Below are positions 19,276 to 27,782 of a stretch of DNA of 55,087 bases, piece after piece. This DNA is from Candidatus Thorarchaeota archaeon (GTDB lineage: Archaea > Asgardarchaeota > Thorarchaeia > Thorarchaeales > Thorarchaeaceae): positions 1 through 55,087 of the forward strand of contig JAWOEX010000002.1 in assembly GCA_046482545.1 (NCBI GenBank). Reading direction: 5' to 3'. The notes below the pieces were generated by a model. It did no database searches and was not told the DNA's origin. It worked only from the letters and a program-made list of their open reading frames with translations. The stretch's first letter is position 1. Each line of letters opens with the position of its first letter. The position numbers and the translations under genes were made by a program.

Positions 19276-20646
19276 ATGACAGAATATGGCAAAATCTTGG
19301 AGACTGCAATGCAGGTCTTGGAAGATATACCCATATGTAACCGCTGTCTAGGCAGGCAGTTTGCTTGGTTGAGCACAGATAGTGATAACGAAGAAAGAGG
19401 GCATGCAATCAAACTACTCCTCTCCATGTACGCCGATGAGTTTGTCAGAACCGGAGAGAGTAAGAAGGGGTACAGACTAATCAAGACACTGGCAGAGAAT
19501 GGGATGTTCCCACCAGCAAAATCCCTTGCAGACAATAATTCACTAGACTATCAAAAGGGCGAGCATTGCCATCTCTGTTCAATTAAGGGTGTATCAGTGT
19601 TCTCTCGCATCCCCCGTATAACGGAAGACGCAATTGACATCGAAGGGGAAATCGAGTTCGATACATACTTAGTCGGTTGTGTACCTGTGCCTGAACTCGT
19701 TGAGAGACAAGATGAGATTAGAGCAAGACATAACCTTCTTCATGGGGAGCCTTTGAAATCCGACTTCAACCGTGAGCTTGGAAAAAGCATCTATGAAGCA
19801 ATAGGCAAAGAGGTCGATTTTGAGCGCGCTGACATCGTTTTCATCTACGAGATGGAAAATGACAGGTTTCGTCTTCAGATCAATCCCCTATTTTTGGGGG
19901 GCAGATACAGGAAATTGGAAAGAGGGATACCCCAGAGTAGATGGGATTGCCCGGAGTGCCACGGGAAGGGTTGTGAGGCGTGCGATGGAACAGGAAGGAA
20001 GTATCCAGATTCCATATCAGAGTACATTGGCGTTCCAATACGAAAGGCAGCAAAAGGAACCGATTTCAAGTTCCATGCTGGAGGACGAGAGGATATTGAC
20101 GCACTGATGCTCGGATCTGGACGGCCGTTTGTTGTTGAAATTTCAGAACCACGAAAGCGGGACCTTGACTTGGAAGAGTTACAGGAGAGAATAAATCAAG
20201 AAGCGGATGGTAGAGTTGAGGTCATCAAGCTCCAGCCATCAGACAAGGATGCTGTTCATAGACTGAAATCAGAAGCATCAGAAAACATCAAAGAATACGA
20301 AGCACTAATTCAAACCGATGCAGACATAGAAGAGAGTTCACTATCAGAAGCAGAAAGCAAGCTTTCAGATATTACGATTAAACAGAGAACTCCGAATCGA
20401 GTAGCTCATAGAAGGGGTGACCTAGTCAGGAAAAAGCGGATATACGAAGTGAGAGTGGAAAAAATTGGAGAAAAGAAGTTGAAAGGCTTTTTCAAGGTGC
20501 AAGGCGGAACGTACGTCAAGGAACTGATTTCGGGCGACGAAGGTAGAACCAAGCCCTCCCTGTCAGAAAAACTTGGAGTGTTATGCGCCTGTGAGGAACT
20601 CAACGTCGTTGCGATATATGGCCTGCCTGTACACCATAATCCTTAA
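19276..20646 (+). CDS. pus10: tRNA pseudouridine(54/55) synthase Pus10
   Basis: CNRCLGRQF, GRYRKLERGIPQSRW, GREDIDA, QRTPNRV, GGTYVKELISGD. Confidence 0.95.
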   Translation: MTEYGKILETAMQVLEDIPICNRCLGRQFAWLSTDSDNEERGHAIKLLLSMYADEFVRTGESKKGYRLIKTLAENGMFPPAKSLADNNSLDYQKGEHCHLCSIKGVSVFSRIPRITEDAIDIEGEIEFDTYLVGCVPVPELVERQDEIRARHNLLHGEPLKSDFNRELGKSIYEAIGKEVDFERADIVFIYEMENDRFRLQINPLFLGGRYRKLERGIPQSRWDCPECHGKGCEACDGTGRKYPDSISEYIGVPIRKAAKGTDFKFHAGGREDIDALMLGSGRPFVVEISEPRKRDLDLEELQERINQEADGRVEVIKLQPSDKDAVHRLKSEASENIKEYEALIQTDADIEESSLSEAESKLSDITIKQRTPNRVAHRRGDLVRKKRIYEVRVEKIGEKKLKGFFKVQGGTYVKELISGDEGRTKPSLSEKLGVLCACEELNVVAIYGLPVHHNP

Positions 20647-20740
20647 GTGTTCACTGAAAGGGGCCTTAACGGGCCTCGGGTAATTAGATGTGGTCATATT
20701 CAGAAATCCGAGATAAAAGTCCAATACCGAGATGATAGCA

Positions 20741-21037
20741 ATGGTCAAGAAAAGCCATGGATTCCGTAGAAGAACGCGAAAGTTGATGACTAAAAAAGTC
20801 AGAGACAAGGGGCAGCAGCCCGTTAGTCAGGTTTTGATTGATTATGAAATCGGCCAGAGAGTTGATATCATCATCGATCCCGGTGTACACAAAGGCATGC
20901 CACACTACAGATATCACGGGCGAACTGGTGAGGTTGTCGAGAAAAGGGGTCGTGGAATTGTCGTTAAGGTTAGCCTAGGTAAGAAGGAAAAAACACTTGT
21001 TGTTCGACCAGAACATCTCAGGCCATCAAAGAGCTGA
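20741..21037 (+). CDS. rpl21e: Ribosomal protein L21e
   Basis: MVKKSHGFRRRTR, KGMPHYRYHGRTG, VRPEHL. Confidence 0.96.
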   Translation: MVKKSHGFRRRTRKLMTKKVRDKGQQPVSQVLIDYEIGQRVDIIIDPGVHKGMPHYRYHGRTGEVVEKRGRGIVVKVSLGKKEKTLVVRPEHLRPSKS

Positions 21038-21047
21038 GGGATTGCAA

Positions 21048-21383
21048 ATGCCGAGTGAAGTTACTGATAGGCGTGAAGTATCTCTGCCGCAAGTGAAGAA
21101 AATCCTGAGAAAGAGGAAGAAGCAGGGTGAACTGTCTTTTCAGCAGACGATAACTATGGAGCATGCTAAGCTCTTCTCAAAGATGGCTCCAGCAGTAGCA
21201 CGGGATTTCATCAAGAGGATGGAAGGTAAATACGAACTCGATAGATCCACTGCAGTACAGATAGCTAATATCGCTCCCACTTCCTTGGAAGAACTACGCA
21301 GTATTCTCGGAAAGCACTATACAGGCCTCACTGAGGAAGAAATGATTGAAATTGTTGACCGCGTGAAGATGAAACGGAAGTAA
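21048..21383 (+). CDS. rpo4: RNA polymerase subunit Rpo4 (RpoF)
   Basis: ELSFQQ..TMEHAKLFSK, AVQIANIAP...EELRSIL; conserved position after rpl21e. Confidence 0.9.
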   Translation: MPSEVTDRREVSLPQVKKILRKRKKQGELSFQQTITMEHAKLFSKMAPAVARDFIKRMEGKYELDRSTAVQIANIAPTSLEELRSILGKHYTGLTEEEMIEIVDRVKMKRK

Positions 21384-21484
21384 ACCGGTTTCAAATTCTG
21401 GAGCATTTTATCGCGAATATGATACATCCCGATTGACTTTTATTGACAGGCACTGCACTACTGTTTGATGCATCAAGTTACTAG

Positions 21485-22072
21485 TTGGATGGAACTGCTA
21501 TGGAGAATACACGAGCCAAGAAATACGAAAGCCACGCGTATGTGTTAGCAGTGGCACAACCAAAGGGGTTCCGTCGCGACTCAAAAGATAGTGTGTCAGT
21601 GGTACAAGGATTAGGTGAAACATATCTCACACTGCTAGAGATGGTACCTCGCCCCAACGTGAATTTTGGTACGGGAGAACGCATCTCATTGAAGAAGGGC
21701 GCAAGAAGCAAGATTGACCATGTCAAAAGAAGAATTTCCTACGAGGATTTGACACCTGAAAGCAAGTCGGAACTTCCTCTTGTTGTGGAAATCATTGTGA
21801 CGAAACACGAAGCGAAATTCGTCAAATGGTACAATCAGGCAAATCCGATTACAACAAGACTGCACTCGCTCCAGCTGCTGCCCGGAGTGGGTCAGGCATT
21901 GATGTGGGCAATACTTGAAGAGCGCAAGAAAGAGCCGTTCAAATCCTTTGAGGATATATCCGAGCGAACTAAGCTACAAAGTGCAAAGAAGGCAGTAAAG
22001 GAGAGAATCCTTGAAGAACTGAAAGGGGATGTAAAGCGCTGGCTCTTTGTTAGGCCACCTATCCGAGAATAA
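21485..22072 (+). CDS. DUF655 putative RNA-binding protein
   Basis: QGLGETYLTLLE, PITTRLHSLQLLPGVG, PFKSFEDI; conserved between rpo4 and rsmA. Confidence 0.9.
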   Translation: MDGTAMENTRAKKYESHAYVLAVAQPKGFRRDSKDSVSVVQGLGETYLTLLEMVPRPNVNFGTGERISLKKGARSKIDHVKRRISYEDLTPESKSELPLVVEIIVTKHEAKFVKWYNQANPITTRLHSLQLLPGVGQALMWAILEERKKEPFKSFEDISERTKLQSAKKAVKERILEELKGDVKRWLFVRPPIRE

Positions 22073-22104
22073 TGGATTATTTTCTTGTGCATGGGTGAAT
22101 ATTT

Positions 22105-22965
22105 TTGTCTGAAAAGAGAATAGAATTCCTGTTGCGAAAATATTCTGTCAGGCCAGACCGCAAGATTGGCCAAAATTTCCTAAAAGATAGCAGAATAGCT
22201 TCTACCATGACAAAGGCAGCCCATTTAGGAAAAGAGGACCGAGTTCTTGAGATAGGCGGGGGGTTGGGTACAATAACCCGTTGGATAGCAAAAGCAGCGG
22301 GAGAAACTTGGGTAGTTGAGATTGAAAGGGGATTGGTAGAAGCCCTTCGATACTCACTCCGCAATTATGATAACGTCCATATAATCCATGGAAATTTTCT
22401 GGAGATTGAATTGCCACCGGTCAATAAGGTTGTCTCAAATCTTCCGTACAATATATCGTCGAAAGCCATCTTTCGGATACTAGAGGAGATGGAAATAGAT
22501 GAAGCAATACTGACGTTCCAGAAGGAATTTGCTGAGAGATTGGTCGCAGAACCATCAATGATATCTTTTTCTAAGCTTACCATCAACGTTCAATATCATG
22601 CAGAAATTGAATACCTCAAGACAGTTCCGGCTGAGAAATTCTATCCCGTCCCAGCTGTAGACTCCGCAATTGTGAGGATTGTCCCTCGAGAGAGAAAAAA
22701 CACAGCTGAAGATTATCGCATTTTCAAATGGCTGCTACGTGGTGTCTATTCCTTCCCTAGGAAGCAGTTTGGAAAGGCTCTACGAATGTGGCTTGAAAAT
22801 ATGAATGAGAATCCAGCTATTGCAGCATCAATGTTGGCGGAAGTTGATCCAGAAATAGATGGGAGTAGACGGCTAAGGTCTATCACTCTTGAAGAACTGG
22901 TCGCTCTATCTGATATCCTAACACGGATGATAGATGAGGGAACAATAGAAGGTCCGAAGGAGTGA
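22105..22965 (+). CDS. rsmA: 16S rRNA dimethyladenosine transferase KsgA/Dim1
   Basis: GQNFL, VLEIGGGLG, SNLPYNIS, QKEFAERL, FYPVPAVDS. Confidence 0.95.
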   Translation: MSEKRIEFLLRKYSVRPDRKIGQNFLKDSRIASTMTKAAHLGKEDRVLEIGGGLGTITRWIAKAAGETWVVEIERGLVEALRYSLRNYDNVHIIHGNFLEIELPPVNKVVSNLPYNISSKAIFRILEEMEIDEAILTFQKEFAERLVAEPSMISFSKLTINVQYHAEIEYLKTVPAEKFYPVPAVDSAIVRIVPRERKNTAEDYRIFKWLLRGVYSFPRKQFGKALRMWLENMNENPAIAASMLAEVDPEIDGSRRLRSITLEELVALSDILTRMIDEGTIEGPKE

Positions 22966-22971
22966 GACCAA

Positions 22972-23559
22972 ATGGATGACGAGGGAATCGATGTCACTGT
23001 ATATGAAGGGGTGTACCCTCCGGCGGAGGATTCGTATCTCCTCATGGATGCCATCGAGATTGATGAATCTGATTCGGTACTGGAGATCGGCTGCGGATGT
23101 GGATTTATTACCACTGCAATTACTAAGATTGCTAAGAACGTAGTCGCAACCGATATATCACGATTAGCCTTGGAAAACGCAAAACGAAACCTGAAGGCGA
23201 ATACTGCGAGAGGTAATTGGAGCCTTTTGCAGGCTAATCTCCTTTCACCGTTGCGCCAGACTCCTGAGTTTTCGGTCATACTGTTTAATCCACCATATCT
23301 TCCCAAGGAGGTTGATGGAACAAATCTAGATCATGCCTTCATCGGAGGGGAAGAAGGTATAGAGATTACCACCGAGTTTCTAAAGCAAGCAATAAAGAGA
23401 CTCTCCTCGGATGGATTAATCTATACTATCGCTTCATCTGTCGCAAATCTCGATACCTTGTTTAGAAGCATCAAGGCCCTTGGTTTAAAATGCAAAATAA
23501 TCAAACGGAAGCGTATGTTTTTTGAAGAAGTACTCGTGCTAAAGATTAGACAGCGCTAA
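22972..23559 (+). CDS. HemK2/MTQ2-family release-factor glutamine methyltransferase
   Basis: VYPPAEDSYLL, LEIGCGCG, FNPPY, GGEEG. Confidence 0.92.
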   Translation: MDDEGIDVTVYEGVYPPAEDSYLLMDAIEIDESDSVLEIGCGCGFITTAITKIAKNVVATDISRLALENAKRNLKANTARGNWSLLQANLLSPLRQTPEFSVILFNPPYLPKEVDGTNLDHAFIGGEEGIEITTEFLKQAIKRLSSDGLIYTIASSVANLDTLFRSIKALGLKCKIIKRKRMFFEEVLVLKIRQR

Positions 23560-23638
23560 CATCATACAAGACAATGGTTTTATTGATGGATTAGGTCGGT
23601 CGGAAGAGCAGCTCAGAAGTCAGAGAGGTATTTCAGGT

Positions 23639-24412
23639 ATGTCAGGCAGCGAAGAAGAGAAAGAATCCTCGAATGGAGAAGGCGAAGGAAAAACTGTAGA
23701 AGAGAATGGCCTCGTATATGTTGACTACGTAGGCAGAACTAAGGAAGAGGGCGAAATCTTCGACCTGACGCTTGAGGATGTCGCAAAAGAAGAAGGAATC
23801 TATAACGATGAAGAACGCTACAAGCCAATGCTGGTTGCCATTGGAAAAAATTGGTTGTTACCAGCGTTGGAGGAAGAGCTTGTCGGGATGAAGGTAGGTG
23901 AATCCAAAACAGTTGAAGTACCGCCTGAAGATGGTGCTGGACCACGAGACCCTGATAAAATCAAGTTGGTTTCAAAGCGCCAACTCCAGAAGCAAGGTGT
24001 GAGCCCCAGAAAAGGGGCAAGGGTAGAGGTCGGTCGCGAGAAGGGCACAATAACGAATGTCCTTGGTCGGCGAGTACGAGTAGATTTCAATAGCCCCCTG
24101 GCCGGGAAGACTCTTATCTTTGATGTGACAGTCAGAGGTATTGTTTCTGGAAAAATAGAGAAGATTAAAGCTGTCATGAAAAGGCGGATACCCGGTTTGC
24201 CCGAGGACAAATATGGCGCCCGAATAGAGGGAGAGACTGTGTATATTGATCTGCCAAAGGAATCTAGGTACATCGAAAACGTGCAGTATGCTGAGATTGG
24301 TATTGCCAGAGATACACTAAAAGTAATCGAGGACGCTGAAGAGGTCAAAATAGTCATTACATATGAGCGCCCGGAAGCACCTAAAGAGGAAGACGAAGAG
24401 AACGAAGAGTAG
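23639..24412 (+). CDS. Long-type archaeal FKBP peptidyl-prolyl isomerase
   Basis: VDYVG...GEIFD, GMKVGE, VDFNSPLAGKTL. Confidence 0.92.
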   Translation: MSGSEEEKESSNGEGEGKTVEENGLVYVDYVGRTKEEGEIFDLTLEDVAKEEGIYNDEERYKPMLVAIGKNWLLPALEEELVGMKVGESKTVEVPPEDGAGPRDPDKIKLVSKRQLQKQGVSPRKGARVEVGREKGTITNVLGRRVRVDFNSPLAGKTLIFDVTVRGIVSGKIEKIKAVMKRRIPGLPEDKYGARIEGETVYIDLPKESRYIENVQYAEIGIARDTLKVIEDAEEVKIVITYERPEAPKEEDEENEE

Positions 24413-24573
24413 GTTTTCATGAAAGCCAAGCCAATTGATGCATTCTATTCAGTAGGAGAAACCAAACTCGCTTTGACTACCATGAGAAAAGGTTTTAATA
24501 CTGATAACTAAAGGCGTTAATTGTTCTCGTTCTCCAAGGAATAAGTCTTGTTGATAGGGAGATTAACATAAAA

Positions 24574-25209
24574 ATGCAAGAACATAGACAACCTCCACAA
24601 GAACTGAAGACTGGTACCACTACTGTTGGTCTAGTTGGAAAAGATGTTGCTGTTCTAGCCAGTGATCAAAGAGCCACAATGGGCTATCTGGTGGCTAGCA
24701 AGACCGCAAAGAAAATCCACAAGATAACAGACAGAATTGGTGCCACAATCGCGGGATCAGTAGCGGACGCACAGTCCATAATTGACCTACTGCAAGCTGA
24801 GGCCAAACTCTTTGAGATTCAACGAGGGCGACCTATGCGAGTCAAAGCATTGACACGCCTCTTGAGCAACATAATGTTCCAAGGTAGGGGCCTCTACGTT
24901 CTGCAATGCATAGTTGGAGGATATGATGGTGATGGACCACAGGTTTACTACAATGATTTTGTTGGCGCCATCCTCTCAGATGATTACACCGCCACGGGTT
25001 CCGGTTCACCGATAGCCTTTGGTGTTTTAGAATCGGAGTATGAAGAAGGACTTACGAAGAACAAAGCTATCAAACTAGGTGTTCGTGCAATAGGAGCTGC
25101 AATCGAAAGAGATGCAGCTACGGGAAATGCCATCCTTGCAAGTGTGATTGACAAGGACGGCTACCAAGAAGTTTCACAGAACAAAATCAAAAAGATCTGG
25201 TCGAAATAG
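24574..25209 (+). CDS. psmB: Proteasome beta subunit
   Basis: Propeptide then KTG/TTTVG, ATGSGS, ERDAATG. Confidence 0.96.
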   Translation: MQEHRQPPQELKTGTTTVGLVGKDVAVLASDQRATMGYLVASKTAKKIHKITDRIGATIAGSVADAQSIIDLLQAEAKLFEIQRGRPMRVKALTRLLSNIMFQGRGLYVLQCIVGGYDGDGPQVYYNDFVGAILSDDYTATGSGSPIAFGVLESEYEEGLTKNKAIKLGVRAIGAAIERDAATGNAILASVIDKDGYQEVSQNKIKKIWSK

Positions 25210-25334
25210 GAACTCACGCGTAAGTCCTTATTATTTACTCCTTGCTCCAGTTCCTCTTCGGTTCTGGGGTACTCTCTATACCTTGGATAACTAGAACACA
25301 CAGTATTACCACTTGAATTGTGAAGTGACTTTGA

Positions 25335-27245
25335 ATGGGCAATAATAAGAATAATGACCGTGACATCCGTGAACGTGTTCTAGAGGAGCTACCTCGCTCA
25401 GCGGTCATAGACTCAGTCGAGTATGAAGGGCCTGAGATTGCAATTTACAGCAAAGCTCCAAAGATCCTTCTTGATGACGGAAATATAATCAAATCTCTAG
25501 CACGCAAAATGAGAAAGCGTATAGTCGTCAGGTCTGCTCCTCAGGTAAGGCTCCCACACGATGAAGCTGAGAAGACCGTTAGAGAGCTCGTACCTGATGA
25601 TGCGGAGATTACAAGTATTGATTTTGATGACTCATGCGGTGAAGTCCTCATTGAAGCACAGAAGCCAGGATTAGTCATCGGAAGAAGTGGTAGTACACTA
25701 AGAGAAATCACTAGGCAAACCTTCTGGCGCCCTAATGTCATGCGGACCCCACCAATTGAAAGCAAACTCATCAAACAAATCAGGTACATTATTCAATCAG
25801 AAGCTGACCAACGAAACAAAATCTTCAGGAATATCGGTCAGAGAATTCACCGAGACAAACTTGTAGATAACGGATGGATAAGGCTTACTGCCCTTGGTGG
25901 GTTCAGAGAGGTTGGCCGCCAGTCTATGCTGCTTCAGACATCTGAAAGCAGTATTCTCCTTGAGTGTGGTGTAAATGTTGGCGCTCCAGAGAAGGCATTT
26001 CCAAGGTTGGACATGCCTGAATTCAGCATTGATGATTTGGATGCTGTCATAGTTACTCACGCTCATTTGGATCATTCTGGGATGGTTCCGTTTCTTTTCA
26101 AATACGGATACCGAGGGCCAGTCTACATGACCAAACCGACTCTCAATCTGGCAACGCTATTGCAGCTGGATTACCTAGATGTGGCTGAAAGAGAAGGGAA
26201 ACTGCGACCATATAGAGATAGAGACGTAAAGGAAGCGATATTGCACACGATAACACTCGGATATGGAGAAGTTACAGATATCGCTCCGGATGTGCGACTC
26301 ACGCTCCACAATGCAGGACATATACTTGGTTCAGCTATCATTCATCTTCATATTGGGGATGGACAATACAATCTGGCCTATACAGGCGACTTCAAGTTCG
26401 GACGTACCAGACTGTTGGAACCGGCTTCATTCACATTCCCACGTCTAGAAACGCTCATAGTGGAAAGCACGTATGGCCACCCCACAGACAAGATGCCGTC
26501 CCGGCAGGAAGTAGAGCGAAAACTCGCTTCTATCATCAAGAGGACAATCGATAGAGGGGGCAAGGTACTGATTCCAGTGCTAGCTGTTGGCAGGGCCCAA
26601 GAGATGATGATAGTCATAGAGGACCTAGTTAGCAAGAACAGAATTCCAAGAGTACCAGTGTACGTAGAGGGTATGATTGGTCAAGCTACAGCCATTCACA
26701 CAACCCATCCAGAAGCCCTCAGCAAGAAAATTCGCGAGAAGATTTTCCATCAGGGTGTCAATCCATTTTTGAGCGATGTCTTCGTGCAGGTTGACAACCC
26801 GGATGAGCGGGAGGAGATTGTTGAGGGGGACCCCTGTATCATCATGGCCACATCGGGAATGCTTGCTGGTGGTCCCAGTGTTGATTATCTCCGGCTACTG
26901 GCAGCAGACGAGAAGAATACCATGGTGTTTGTTAGCTATCAGGCAGAAGGAACACTCGGCCGGCGCATACAAAAGGGCTGGAAAGAGATTAACATGCGGA
27001 ATAGAGAAGGTGACACGCAAGTTGTGCCTGTGAACTTGGAGGTAACAACTGTGGAAGGTTTCTCAGGTCACTCAGATAGAAAACAGATTCTCAACTTTGT
27101 AAAGCGATGTAATCCAAGACCAGAGCGCGTGCTAACCTGTCATGGGGAAGCATCCAAATGCATCAATTTGGCATCAACAATACACAAGGCACTAAATATA
27201 GAAACGAAAGCGCTCATGGTAGCAGAGAGCATCAAGCTGGCTTAG
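25335..27245 (+). CDS. fttA: aCPSF1/FttA beta-CASP ribonuclease (transcription termination factor)
   Basis: N-terminal KH domains (EYEGPE, KPGLVIG), HAHLDH, FSGHSDR; follows psmB as usual. Confidence 0.96.
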   Translation: MGNNKNNDRDIRERVLEELPRSAVIDSVEYEGPEIAIYSKAPKILLDDGNIIKSLARKMRKRIVVRSAPQVRLPHDEAEKTVRELVPDDAEITSIDFDDSCGEVLIEAQKPGLVIGRSGSTLREITRQTFWRPNVMRTPPIESKLIKQIRYIIQSEADQRNKIFRNIGQRIHRDKLVDNGWIRLTALGGFREVGRQSMLLQTSESSILLECGVNVGAPEKAFPRLDMPEFSIDDLDAVIVTHAHLDHSGMVPFLFKYGYRGPVYMTKPTLNLATLLQLDYLDVAEREGKLRPYRDRDVKEAILHTITLGYGEVTDIAPDVRLTLHNAGHILGSAIIHLHIGDGQYNLAYTGDFKFGRTRLLEPASFTFPRLETLIVESTYGHPTDKMPSRQEVERKLASIIKRTIDRGGKVLIPVLAVGRAQEMMIVIEDLVSKNRIPRVPVYVEGMIGQATAIHTTHPEALSKKIREKIFHQGVNPFLSDVFVQVDNPDEREEIVEGDPCIIMATSGMLAGGPSVDYLRLLAADEKNTMVFVSYQAEGTLGRRIQKGWKEINMRNREGDTQVVPVNLEVTTVEGFSGHSDRKQILNFVKRCNPRPERVLTCHGEASKCINLASTIHKALNIETKALMVAESIKLA

Positions 27246-27271
27246 TTGTTCATCAAAACCGAGTAACCTTC

Positions 27272-27670
27272 TTAAAACTTGACAAAGGAAGGTGTGACGA
27301 TTACGCAGTCATCATTGACAAGGGCGATATCCGCATTGTAACCCCTTGTTTGCCCTCTTATGCGCTCCACGACCCTTTTGAGCTCCAGCTTCCCTTTGCC
27401 GTTGTTATGCATCCTTGAAATATCGAGCAGAACAATGCGGCCATCACGAACTTGATTTACAATAAAGGGTACGTCTTCTTCAAGCGATGTCAGTTTTCTA
27501 GACCGTATAAAGATATTTTCTAATTCCGCTAATTTCTTACAATCTTTTGCTGGATTTTGTTCGCCCATAGCATGAGCCGGAGAAAACAGACCGAGACTAG
27601 AACCGCGTGTCTTATCCGAATCTTCTTCCTCTTCATCCTTTTTTCGACCAAGCCCGAAAGGTAGCTTCAT
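27272..27670 (-). CDS. sepF: Cell division protein SepF
   Basis: Basic/hydrophobic N-terminus, VRDGRIVLLDI, LKRVVERI, ADIA..VIVTPSFV. Confidence 0.85.
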   Translation of the reverse strand: MKLPFGLGRKKDEEEEDSDKTRGSSLGLFSPAHAMGEQNPAKDCKKLAELENIFIRSRKLTSLEEDVPFIVNQVRDGRIVLLDISRMHNNGKGKLELKRVVERIRGQTRGYNADIALVNDDCVIVTPSFVKF

Positions 27671-27782
27671 TCAACTACACCTCAGAATTGATACCGGTAA
27701 TTCAATACGTAAAGAAAAGGGCGTGTATTATCGTACATATTTTCTTGCAGAATTCTTATACTCAGTCTTGCAGTTAGGCTAG